NCBI RefSeq assembly: GCF_001194135.2
Contig: NC_068999.1
Coordinates: 38,158,182-38,222,181 of the forward strand
From: Octopus bimaculoides
Taxonomy: Eukaryota
DNA: 64,000 nt
Direction: 5' to 3'
Position 1 is the stretch's first letter. Every line of letters begins with the position of its first letter. This document shows, piece by piece, positions 52,373-64,000 of the stretch. Position numbers and translations under genes: made by a program. The notes under the pieces were generated by a model. The model had not been told where the DNA came from, ran no database searches, and was given only the letters and a program-made list of their open reading frames with translations.

Positions 52373-53514
52373 CGTTACTGTTGTTATTACGGTTATTAGA
52401 GTTGTAGCTATTTCTAAAACAATATACTTCATTTTCTTCAATATTTATTATTTGCATGCAACATATTTCTTATGTTTGACAAGCGTTAAAAATACTGAGG
52501 GATTTCCACCTAACCCCATCCTTTTTTTTTTTTTTTCATATTTCAATCTCTACTCACATCCAGTTATCTAAACAAATAATAATATCAATAATAATAATAA
52601 TAAATCATTCTGCTCTTTCACGTTTTCCAAATGTCTTCTAATGTCAGCTGGGGATCGTTTATCGAAAGGTCAATAAAATGCTCAACATCTACCTTTAGGG
52701 TAACAGCAATAATAAACAAATACGGAAAAAACTGAACGAAAACAAGATTCAGAAAATAATATTCTGGCTTTTAAAAAAATTCTTTAAGTTTGGTTTCATT
52801 TTTTAAATTTTTGTTTTGTATTTTGTTGTTTTCTGTGGAACTATTTTCTTTTGGTTACTCTTGATATAAACATTTCTATAAATTTTTGTTTTTATAAGTT
52901 ATAAAATCTTTTTTTCGTTTAAATTGTGGTAATAATCGTCAAAAATAGCTTATATATTTCAAAAACTGCAGAATTCCAAAATTCAGACCACTTCTTCAAA
53001 AGTGCTTATATTGCGCATTTATTTCTGTTCTTTTTCAAAATCGAGTGACCTAATGGTTAGTGTTCGTTTGATATTAATGTCGCTAATAATGAGAGTTCAA
53101 GATGAGCTTGGATTTAAAAAAAAAGACATCAATCTACTAACTCACACTTTACAAATACGATCTGTAAGTGGAACAGTAAAAATATACAAGATGTTCTTCA
53201 AGTTTAAAATGTAACATTGTTTTTGTTACATACATTCTATCGATGGAGCTTTGTATCTGTGTTAGAAGCCAGCTTCTTCCTCACGGAAAGAATTTAAATG
53301 ATTAAAAACAGAAGAGAACACACACACACACAAACGTGTGTGTGTGTTTGTCTGCCTGTGTCTGTATGTCTACAATATAGGCATGTATGAACAGACGAAG
53401 CCACATGATATGGCTTCATCCATTAGTGAATCGAAAACATCTGAATGGTAACGTGTGTGCTTGCAAACGTGTGTGCGTATGCATACGTACGCGTGTCTAC
53501 GTGTCTGTGTGTGT

Positions 53515-53551
<37 letters not shown>

Positions 53552-54123
53552 CCCGCTTGTGTGTACCTCACAACTTAAAAACACTTAAAACCTAGACAGA
53601 TAATATAATTCCAAACTACAAACGCACACACAAACAGATTGCCATGCAAACATGAAATCCATTCAAAACTTTAAACAGAGTAATCCACTTCTGCGCGTTT
53701 GTTTATGTTTTTATTTATTCATACGATATATGCATGTGTGTCCAGGTTTGTGTTTACGTGTGTGTGTGTCTGTGTCTCTCCTAGTGTGTGTGTGTGTGTG
53801 TGTGTGCGTGTGTGTGTGTGCGCGTGAACGGGCGAGAGAGAGCGTGTGTAATTCTTTTATTTATTACATTTTTCATATTACCATATTCTGCAGAAGAATT
53901 AACTGATAAATTTACGCTAGAACCAAATTGGAAAAGAAGAAAAAAAAGCAGCAAAAATAAAACTATAGATAGAATACAGAAGCAAAAAAAGTCTGAAAAT
54001 CCACCTTCCACCATCATGTCATAAAATCAGTCTTAATTGATACATTAATACCGCAGTGATATAAGTGAGTCTTTCATGTGATACGTTTTACATGTGTAAT
54101 ACGGAAATCTGAAAGCACGCGCG

Positions 54124-54193
<70 letters not shown>

Positions 54194-54559
54194 CTTACAC
54201 AAAGAAATACCGAAAGAAAGAAAACATTTTACCGACCGACTCAAAGACCTGTGAACTGTCGGAAGATCTTGAAACTAAATTGTTAAAGGTTCCTTCATAT
54301 CATCTGCTCTGAAATTTTTATCTGGATTTTATCTCTGTCACTTTTTAAATCTCGGCTTTACAATAATTTCCAATCAATTATGCGTTTTGATTTCCGTGTT
54401 TTTATTTTTTTCTGCTTCTGCGGGTTTTTTTCCTTTTTCTTCTTTTTCTCGTTCTTGTCTCTTATTTCTTTTTCTTCTTTATCTGTCTCATCCCACCAAG
54501 CAAATCTTCGCTTTTGTATGTACGTGTTAGACTTTTTTCTTTCAGTTTTTGGGCATTTT

Positions 54560-54900
54560 TCTTCTTTTCTTTTCTAAATCTGTCTTCGGAATCTTAATAC
54601 ATTTATTTCTGTTTGTCATTGTTGTCTTCGTCGTCATCGTTGTTTTGTTGTTGTTGTTGTTGTTTGTTGTTGTTCTTCTCCTCCCTCTTCTCCTCACCAC
54701 CACCTTTTTCATCCACCTCTTTCTTTTTCTATTTTTTCTTCTCTTGAACCTCATTCATTTTCATCTTCTTCCACTTCTCTTCCTCTTTTCCTGCCTTCCT
54801 CTCGCTCCTCCACTCCCCTTCTCCTCCCTTTCTCCCTTCTCCTCCTCTTCTTCCTTCTCCTCCCCTTCTCCTCTCCCTTCCTCCTCCACCTTCGTCTCAA
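54560..54900. repeat. (GTT)/(CTT)/(CCT) low-complexity tract
   Basis: Directly visible. Confidence 0.85.
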
Positions 54901-56505
54901 ATTTGAGGTCAATTTAATGGAAAATTTCTTGTAAGAGAATTTGATAGACGGAGATTGTGTAGAAGCCCGCCGTTTATATATGTTTGTGTGTATGTGTGCG
55001 TATGTGTGGATGCGTCTTGGCGTTTGTGTTTGCCTTCCCACCACATCTCCACCATTTCACAACCTGTGTTGGTTTGTATACATTCACAAATTTGCGATTC
55101 GATAAAATAAACCGATAGAATAATAACCTGACTTAACAATTGAGTACTGGGATCGATTTGTTCAATTAACCCCACCCCCACACCACCCCATAAAGTAATC
55201 CAATAATTTAAACAAGAAGATAAAAGACAGTGTTGAATGTGAATTCTTGGAAGCAATATTCCTTCGGACACTTTTGTCATTTCTTTTACCTTCAGAGTTG
55301 TCTATTAGTTTCCACTTTACGTCAAGAACTGGACAATTTTAAATATGGAATGGAAGGCATTATGTAAAATGTTTTGCTGCTTCTATATAAATATTTTGGT
55401 TAATTTTCAGATCGGGTTAGGTCAGGTGGGGTGTGGAGAGTGCTCTATTTACCAATTGATGATCTCAGTTGCATACAGCCAATCGGAGTTGAGCTAACTT
55501 TATCCTTTCTTCCTTTCTAGTCAACACCGTGCATTCCTTACTCTTTCCCTATCTACTGACAGACAGCAACTTCTCCGTATAGCACGTGTTGTCAATATTT
55601 ATAAACAATACGTGTTATGTCTCTGGTAATTTTCTTTCATGTAAATGTTTGTTAATTTAAAAGAGGAAAACATGAATGTGTCTGTGGCTTATGATTGACT
55701 AAAATTTCCAAATTTTCAAACTTTAATAACTAATAACTATTTATTGATTTATAGCGAAAATTACTTTCACTTCATTAATTAGCTTATAAAAGTGTATCAT
55801 TACACTAACTATGAAATCAATTCAAACAGAAAATTGACGCTGGCAACCAAACAGAAAAGATAAAAAAAGTCACGTAAATGTGTGAGTACTAAAAAATTTC
55901 GCTGAGCACTATTACATTATTAGTAGTAAATTATAGATCTGTTTATTATTACTAGCCGGAGTCGTGATAATTTCACGGAAAATATAAAAGATGTAAACAT
56001 CTGTAAATTGTGTGCTGGTAATTGGAGGTCGCCATTTTGAATGCCAACATTTTGAATGCCAACATCAAAGATGACTTAGGCGAAATTTGAACCTAACTAC
56101 TTCCGATCCTATGTTATTACGAATACCGCAAGCCGTTCGATCCCGGATCTGCCAATTCGACATATTTAGAAGATATACAGGTGGGATGCAATAGGAGGAG
56201 GGAGAATGTGGAAGTTTCAAAGAGGATGAGAAAAGATGAAGAATTGGAGAGGGCAGCAATGCTGAGGAGACGAAGTTGATATGGAGATGTTGCTGAGATA
56301 GCGTTGTTGTTGTTGTTATTGTTTAACACCAGGTCAGCCCTGATCCGGTAGATTAATGATCAAACATATTGTAGCAATGAAGCCGTGATCATGATATTAA
56401 AAATTCTTCCTAATTATTGTGAATATTAATGACATTATCTGATGTGTCTTGTTTTTATGAAGGCATCATGTCATCTGATGAAATTTTAACTGTTATTTCT
56501 TGCAG

Positions 56506-56517
56506 GTCTACCAACAA
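56506..56517 (+). CDS. Candidate 12-nt microexon
   Basis: ttttaactgttatttcttgcag|GTCTACCAACAA|gtatgg; strong acceptor, all three frames open. Confidence 0.25.
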
Positions 56518-57306
56518 GTATGGGGGTCATCAATAATGCTTTCTTGTGGTGGTTGTTGGTAGTTATGACGGCAGCGCTGGAGATGGTGATTGTGGTGCTG
56601 GTGTTAACGATTTACTGGCAGTGTGTGTGTGCGGGGGAGTGGGCGGGGGTGATGATGATGATGGAGTAAGTAGCGTGTTCAATTTGAAATTAAGGAAATA
56701 AAGGCGACGGTGAGGGAAGCATAAATAGAAGATATCGATTAGAACAAGGAAGAAGATTGGAGATAAATCTACGGGTGACAATGGAATAAAGGTTTTGTTT
56801 TTGTTTCATTAATAAATGAGGAAGAGTGTGGAGAAGAAGTTTGTTCGCGAAACTCTAAGAGTAAAGATACTTGCAGGAGGAGGAGGAGGACGACGACGAC
56901 GACGTTTCGGGAGAAGAAAGAATGAAATAAAAGAGGCGCGAATAATGAACGAAATAGATGAGAAGCTGGGGAACATGACAATTCATTGTGGTGGTGGTGG
57001 TGGTGGTGGTGGTGGAGATGACCGTCATTGGGACCCAAGCGGAGGATTTCGTGATTTCGTTGTTGTTGATGTTGATGCTATTACTTTTAGAAAGTATTAA
57101 GTGTTAATAGGAAATAAGAAGAGAGAAGAAGAAGAAAGGGAAACACAGATAAACACAATGCAGATGATAGAGAGAATGAACGACAAAGAAAGAAAGAGAG
57201 AGAGAGGGGGTGAGAAAGAGAAGGGTTAGTATGAGCTTTAGGAGAATGTGTGTGAATGAGACAGGAGTGTGTGAGACTCAAAAGCATGTATATATATATA
57301 TATATA

Positions 57307-57371
<65 letters not shown>

Positions 57372-59304
57372 CCCAAGTATACGTATATACATATATATAC
57401 GTGTGTATGTGTGTACATTTTACTCACACATGTAGATATATACTATGTATGTATGAAACCGCGATGGCATTTTGAAATGAATCATCACACGTCAGCCGGA
57501 GATTTAGCGCAGAGTGAAATCAATCAAAACTTCACAAGTGATCCTTCTACATTTAACTGTGCAACCGGTTGTATGAAGGAAGCTTAACTTAATTCCTTGT
57601 GGCACATTCAAAATGAACAGATTTTTACTTTGTTTGTAGGTTTGGTGGTGGTTGTTCTATGCATTTATGTATGGATATATGTATGTATGGATGGATGTGT
57701 ATGAAAGTATATATGTGTGATGGGTGGATGACTTGTGGAATAGATGAATGTATCTACAGCATATATATGTATATAGATATATACACACATACATATATAC
57801 ACACTCATATATATAGACACGCACACATTCATACATATGTCGAATCATATGCCACTATATACAAACGTATACATATACATATAAAGTATATATATATATA
57901 CATATATATATACATATATATATGCTACTTGTTTATAAATTTATATATGATAAATATATAGATATACATACATACATGCATACATACATATATACAGGCA
58001 TGCTTATATAGATATAGATATATGCGTGTATATGTGTGTGTGTGTGTGTAATATATTGTGCGTATATGTGTGTGTGTATGTATGTATATATATATAAATA
58101 TATATATANNNNNNNNNNTATTTGTAGCGCTGCCGAATGAGATAAAGTGAAATTCTGTTAGATAGATAACTTATAAACGTCATTTAAAAGTTAATCACAC
58201 TGCAAGACTTGTGACGTTCATTTTAGTGTTAAATGTGTTTTTACTGGCTATATTCAGATTGCTTTAACAACGAAGAAACTCCCACTGCTATTTATGCTAT
58301 TTATCATTCCTATATACAATACAATGGGCTAATAACAGCAGGAGGACGCCAGAAATATTTACGAAATTATTTGAATTGTGTTTGATACGAAAACAAAATG
58401 GCTGCCCCTGCGGAGTTACGACTTATCGACGGAAGCAGTGAGAGATATTCGTACAAATGGCTTCTTTGAACTGAGTCTCTGGGGAAATTTATTCAAGAAA
58501 GGACTACAGTCAATTGAAAGGATCCAGTATATTTCTGAGATGTATTTATCGACACTAAAGTGATTAATGTGAATGTTAACCCCACGGTGGGATCAAATGG
58601 TAAATGTTTGTAACTGAATTATGTCGAGGTATTTAGTTTCGATATCCTAGCATTACTACAAACCCGTTGCTATCTTTGTTGTTTGTTTAAGTGAAGAATG
58701 AAGAGTGATGCGTTGGTGCATCTACATTTATTAAGTTCAGACTCACCCTCCCGTAGTTTTAAGATACAAATATCTCCACCAGGAAAAATGTTGCATTGTT
58801 AGAGCAGAGATGAGGAGGAAAGAAAGTGAGCTGCTATTTAGAGGGACATTTAATCTGTTAGAAATAGCGGACAAAATTTCCCTCAACCGGCATTCTACCA
58901 CGATTTAAAAATAAAAATTATGGGGAAATCTGGGTAATGTAGTTTCTATTTATTAAAAGTTATGATGGGCATTATTTAAATACCACTCATGATTTAAATA
59001 CCAACTCAGAGTTGAAACGAGGCTAAACCTGTAGAAACAACCGAAGAAGTTCTCAGTAATTCTCTAGTCTAATGACTTCTTAAGGTACGGTAATCTTTGG
59101 TAGTTGTTCAGGTATATCTATGATTCTGTTACTGACTTTCCATTAGGATGCGAAATACTTTATATTAATAAATAATTTGTGTTCGTTCTTGGTGTTCTTT
59201 TTTCAGTGTTATATTACAGAATATATCTACTGACATCTCTTTAAGGGACACAGCATAAGTAGACGGATGTGGACACCATTATTATTTTTTTTTTTTTAGT
59301 GGAT

Positions 59305-59352
59305 GGTCACTGATGAAATCCCAACAGAACATTGAAACTAATCCGGTTGACC
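59305..59352 (+). ncRNA. Decayed hammerhead-like motif
   Basis: GGTCA-CTGATGA-AAT..ATT-GAAAC-taatccggt-TGACC; perfect 5-bp stem I arms, weak stem II, distorted stem III. Confidence 0.4.
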
Positions 59353-59769
59353 GTATTGTTTTTCCTTCACATATAATTATCCTGTATACAAAGTATGACA
59401 TTTACATCTGCCTCTACATACAGGAGAGTGGACTACAAGTCTACAGACTAATATGTTGATGTATACTGCATTATTTTGTATCAGAATATTGCTTAAATAC
59501 CTCGAGAGAAGCAATGATCCTATATACATAATTATGAGATATTTATCAAATATCTTACAAAATCAAACATTTTACAACCAGCAAGCAGCCAACAGGCCAC
59601 ATCCTGCCTCTCTTTCTCTCTCTTTCTCCCTCTCTTCCTCTCACTCTCTCTCTATATATATATATATCTGTCTGTCTGTCTATCTACCTATCTATCTGTC
59701 ACTCTTTAACGAGGGTTTACCTTTCATGAACAAACCAAACGTGTACAGTTTCGGCTCTTTTCTACCCTA

Positions 59770-59975
59770 GTGTAGAGAATTCTAACAGGGTCCCAACTGT
59801 AAGGTCATGCGCTCTTTATCTTGATATGGGATCGCCATGTCGCGCACAAATCGTTGTGATGCATGCGTCTGGTATACCCTTATCAGATGGGTAGTCATGA
59901 TGCATATATTGGGCTTCGTATATTTGTACCCTCGTGTCATTTTGATTGCATGCACTACTCTTAATCAATTATAAT
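59770..59975 (+). mobile_element. 3' part of the unclassified repeat
   Basis: Colinear homology with 19680-19862. Confidence 0.8.
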
Positions 59976-60075
59976 GTTGCCTGCCCCTTTGACCAACAAA
60001 GAGTTAAGAAGGAAAGCGAAAATAGATAAATATAACCCTTTTAAGTACGAAATAGCTCGGCTATGGTAAATGCAG

Positions 60076-60325
60076 GTGAAGATAGTGTCAATTATTGTTG
60101 AATACTTGGGGACAGTATAAGAAGGTATCAAGAGAAATATAAAGGAAATTGGAATAGTGCCCAGTAGAACTGTAACAAAAGGTTTGCCTCCTTGGCACGG
60201 CCAGAATAATCAGGAATGTACCGGATAGCTGAAAAGAACGGATGGTATGGTACTGTAGGCTGCAGGCAGCAAACCCGCTACGCATGCAAGACTCCAGGAG
60301 TTTCAACAAAACCTGTGATAAAAAG
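60076..60325 (+). mobile_element. RLE-LINE 3' end, stack member 1
   Basis: VKIVSIIVEYLGTV*...QKVCLLGTARIIRNVPDS* plus probable 3' UTR. Confidence 0.7.
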
Positions 60326-60334
60326 AAAATATTA

Positions 60335-61020
60335 ATAAAACAATGACATCATCGACAGCGACAAATATAGAATGTGTGGTGAGAGGTCTGAAACTTTATG
60401 ACACATCGTTAGCGAATGCCCGAAATTGGCACGACGTGAATACAAAAAGACGCCATGTCACATGTGGCAAGAATGATCCATTGGGAGCTCTGAGGAAATC
60501 ACAGCCTAGAAAGAGCAAAGACTGGGTATGAGAAAACCCCAGAAGGAGTCACCGAGAATGAAAATTGAAAAATCCTGTGCGATGCAATGATGCAGTGCAA
60601 TCATCTGACGTAACATTAGAAACCAGGCATTGTTGTGGTGAATAAAAAAGGAAAAAACATGTAGATGATCGGCATAGAATATTCAAATGTCAACAGGATC
60701 AGAGAGAAAGAAGAAAAACTTAATGACTATGGCGATTTGAAGTGGGGAAATACAATGGATGTAGTCAATGAGGAGACAAGATACCCATAGTAACTGGAGC
60801 ACTTGGAAGTATCAGAACTCAACAACCAACATGGCTCTCAAAAAGATTGATACATATGTAAAGGTGGAACACCTACAAAAATCAGCATTGCTTGAAACTG
60901 CAATAATCCTTCGCTCTTGAAGCGTGACCTTTAAACAAATGTCACCTTAGTTTGCTGGCTGTGGACAGCTGACACTTAACCAGCAAAATGAACAGATTGT
61001 TCATCAAATAATAATGATGA
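60335..61020 (+). mobile_element. RLE-LINE 3' ~0.7 kb, stack member 2 (relative of the 11.6-12.6 kb copy)
   Basis: DSDKYRMCGERSETL*HIVSECPKLARREYK...ARMIHWEL...KILCDAMMQC...PIVTGALG...KVEHLQKSALLETAIILR; similar 3' UTR (gctgtggacagctgaca vs gttgtgaacagctgaca). Confidence 0.85.
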
Positions 61021-61029
61021 TGATTATGT

Positions 61030-61118
61030 TGGTCCCTGGATTGTTATCCATGCGAGAAGTGCAAAAGATTGTTTTAACTGGTACGTCACACTTATTGAGA
61101 AGAACATTGTCGCTGAGA
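61030..61118 (+). mobile_element. RLE-LINE 3' end, stack member 3
   Basis: VPGLLSMREVQKIVLTGTSHLLRRTLSL. Confidence 0.65.
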
Positions 61119-61410
61119 ATTTACTGTCCTTTTCTCCCCTTTAATTTCTTGGTTTTCTTTTTTCTTTTTTCACTTTCTCTATTTTTTAAATATTTATTCT
61201 AGCCTTTTTTCTTTCTTTCTTCTCTTTTTCTATCACATTACTTGGCTTTGTCAGTGAAAGTCTGGTATGTTGATTTTAGTGTTTTATCAATGTATACAGT
61301 GAGTTTCTTTGCCCTAGGTGTCAGGAAGACATCCGGCAAGAAATGGAAACAAAACTGAGAGAAGAAAGAGAATAGTGGTGATAAGTATAATATAAATAAT
61401 ATTAATAATT

Positions 61411-61575
61411 GAAATCCCATGCAATGACTTGCAAAAAGCAGCCTTATTGGGCACATCTTAAGGAAAGTATTATCCGTCTGAGGTCATTGTTGTATCTTGA
61501 CAGATGACTAAAGATTTCGGTGCGCTTTTACCTACACTGTGTTACGAACGAACGAATAATAATAATAATAATAAT
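61411..61575 (+). mobile_element. RLE-LINE 3' end with (TAA)n tail, stack member 4
   Basis: LQKAALLG..HILRKVLSV* then gtctgaggtcattgttgtatcttgaca (cf. gtctgaggtccttgttgtgacttgaca at ~49905), ending aataataataataataat. Confidence 0.75.
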
Positions 61576-61782
61576 GACGTAAACCACTTGTAACTTTAAT
61601 GTAGGCAGCTAAACAGACAATAGTGTCTCAGACAAATTAGATAATTAATCAAAATAATTAATTACCTATATTTACGAAATAAATAATGTAAATGCAATAA
61701 CTAAAGTTTACTCACGCATCTATCTTTCTGTCTCTTTCTATACACATACACAGAAATATACTTACACATGCATGTGTTCCGT

Positions 61783-61881
<99 letters not shown>

Positions 61882-62119
61882 NNNNNNNNNNNNNNNNNNN
61901 NNNNNNNNNNNNNNNNNNNNNNNNNNNNNNNNNNNNNNNTATATATACATATATATATATATATCAGTGGTGTAGAGAGGGGAGGCTGGTATGCATGGTC
62001 GACTGCTGGTCTTCCATAAACAACGTTGCCCGGACTTGTGCCTGGGAGGGTAACTTTCTAGGTGCAATCCCATGGGCAGTCATGACCGAAGGGGGTTTCA
62101 GAATATATATAATCTTTTA

Positions 62120-62452
62120 GCTCTTCCTTGCTTCAGTCGTTGCACTACGTCCATGCTGGGGTAACTCCCTAATGAATTACGTTTTTACTCCTCGTACTTA
62201 TCCTAGCGGTTTCTTTTGCCAACCCACAAGAATACTGGGACACAAACACTCAACAACGGTCCTTAAGCAGTAGTGGAGAGAACAAGCATGCACACACACA
62301 CACACACACACACATACGGCGGGCTTCTTTCAGTTTCCTTCTACCATATCCACTAAGACATTTTTCAGTCTGAGGTTATAGTAGAAAACACTTGCCCGAA
62401 GTGTCGCGCAGCGGGATTGAACCCAAAGTCATTCGCTTGGAAAGCAAGCTTC
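62120..62452 (-). mobile_element. Full-length composite SINE family A (tRNA/CORE head, internal (TG)n, 3' domain)
   Basis: Head 62452-62315 (gggttcaatcccgctgcgcgacacttcgggcaagtgttttctactataac), (CA)n at 62290-62314, 3' domain ending ccagcatggacgtag..acgactgaagcaag; the same 3' tip recurs at 39117-39150. Confidence 0.75.
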
Positions 62453-63132
62453 ACATATATATTTTAGAAATTGTTATTTATCACGAAGACAGAAAATGTT
62501 TATTCGACTCAAGAATAATTTATAAACTGCTCTATCTTAAATGAAACAGACTTGCGAGACCGTTTGGTAGAGATGCGAGATAAATCACAACTATCATCTA
62601 AAAACAAATTACACTTCAAGAGATGTGACGTTGCTGATTGCTTTCGTTGTAGTTGCTCTCTCCTTAGATACACACAAACACTTTGATTCAATGAATTTCG
62701 AAAATTTCAACTCTACAGTGCGCGCTCACACAAACACAAACACAAACACAAACACACACACACACATTAATGTATCAAAGCTATTTATCATTTATCATCT
62801 GTTCGATGACAACAACCAGAGTGCAGGTGCTTTGTCTTCTGCTGTCTTCCCAGTGAATTTTTAGTGAGATCCAGGTTTGGTTCTAATTTTGTCAATTTTC
62901 TTGTGTGTGAGAGAAGGAGAGAGAGATGGGAGAGAGAAAGAAAGGGAGAAAGCGTACGTATGTATATGCGTATAAATATAGCTGAGGAATTAAAATTAAT
63001 CAAGACATACTAGGTATGTCTATCTGCTTGAAATAACAGTCAAAACTCGTTATTAAATCGCAAAAAATACACTGGTGATGACTACAGAAATCAAACGAGG
63101 GCAAAATCGGTTAAGACAATCTACTTACATAC

Positions 63133-63227
63133 ATTTAAGTATTTGGATTCACGTGCACTACTTTCTGCACTGGCAAAATGAGCCTTAGCTTCTTCAGCAC
63201 GCATTACCAAGATAAGAGATTCCCAAC
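63133..63227 (-). CDS. Candidate internal exon, product unknown
   Basis: aactatag|GT TGG GAA...TTA AAT|gtatgtaagt; GWESLILVMRAEEAKAHFASAESSARESKYLN. An alternative acceptor at 63301 keeps the same frame. Confidence 0.25.
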
Positions 63228-63326
63228 CTATAGTTCTGAAGTCTGTGCCGCTACTGATTCGTTTTGCCTCGAAATCACAGCAGCTACCAGTGTAAAATAA
63301 TCTCGAAGACATAAAGAAATACGCAC

Positions 63327-63415
<89 letters not shown>

Positions 63416-63457
63416 NNNNNNNNNNCTCTCTCTCTTTCTCTCTCTCTCTCTCTTTCT

Positions 63458-63504
<47 letters not shown>

Positions 63505-63513
63505 ACACACACA

Positions 63514-63636
63514 CACGGCTTTGGTCGGCCCAATTCTATAGTAGAAGACACTTGCCCAAGGTGTCAGCCAGTGGGACTGAACCCGGAAACATGTGGTTCG
63601 TAAGCAAACTAATTACCACACAGTCACTCCTACGCA
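63514..63636 (-). mobile_element. SINE family A head
   Basis: Minus strand ggagtgactgtgtggtaa...ccgggttcagtcccactggctgacaccttgggcaagtgtcttctactatag; B box plus CORE-like ACCTTGGGCAAGT. Confidence 0.85.
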
Positions 63637-63887
63637 TACGTGTAAAATATTGGAAAATTTTTGGAGACAGTTGACGGAAAAAATCTACAATAAAATTCTA
63701 ATTGATAAATATGAATTTTAGCTAAAACACAAGGGTAAAGTAAACCTCGTGGTATGAAGAATCAACACAACACAACGTGCGGTTGTCAGGGTAATAAGCT
63801 GTACCACATAAGGTTTGCACAATTTGCTCTTGCATACCATCTAAACACACATACGTACATGCATACTTACACACACACACACACACA

Positions 63888-63929
<42 letters not shown>

Positions 63930-64000
63930 TACATATACATATACATATACATATATATATATATAGAATTGGGTTTGGGGTTTGAAAATGCACCGAAGTC

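Noticed and set aside
55476-55488. NF-Y-like CAGCCAATCGG
   Set aside because: Isolated short motif with no other promoter evidence.
3400-63636. tRNA-like A/B boxes as tRNA genes
   Set aside because: No cloverleaf; each is followed by SINE body sequence.
376-63966. The large majority of ORF-track entries (YIYI, HTHT, CVCV, ERER, poly-N/I/L/S, X-filled)
   Set aside because: They are translations of di-, tri- and tetranucleotide repeats or N-gaps, not genes.

Overview
Eukaryotic, AT-rich, non-coding-dominated draft sequence with about 17 N-gaps (roughly 3 kb), nearly all flanked by microsatellites, which is typical of a short-read assembly. The SINE families and simple-repeat density look like an octopod cephalopod genome (inference from recalled repeat families, not a database result). 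There is no prokaryotic feature, no CRISPR array, no rRNA or true tRNA, and no confidently identifiable host gene. Almost all ORF-track entries are microsatellite translations. Supportable content: (i) decayed retroelements, namely CR1/L2-like and RTE LINE 3' ends, many R4/Dong-like (restriction-like endonuclease, RLE) LINE pieces, a Penelope RT fragment and tRNA-derived SINEs; (ii) two mariner transposase fragments; (iii) several weak candidate exons. Most interesting signals: a set of minimal type I hammerhead-ribozyme motifs of the Penelope/retrozyme kind, two of which share a non-canonical CCGANGA core and an 8-nt palindromic stem III; a 59-bp templated-insertion repair scar inside a LINE; an RTE copy with an internal 5' inversion; head-to-tail stacks of RLE-LINE 3' ends at TAA-rich sites; and a duplicated 42-bp hairpin motif. 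All translations and folds were done by eye and need computational confirmation.
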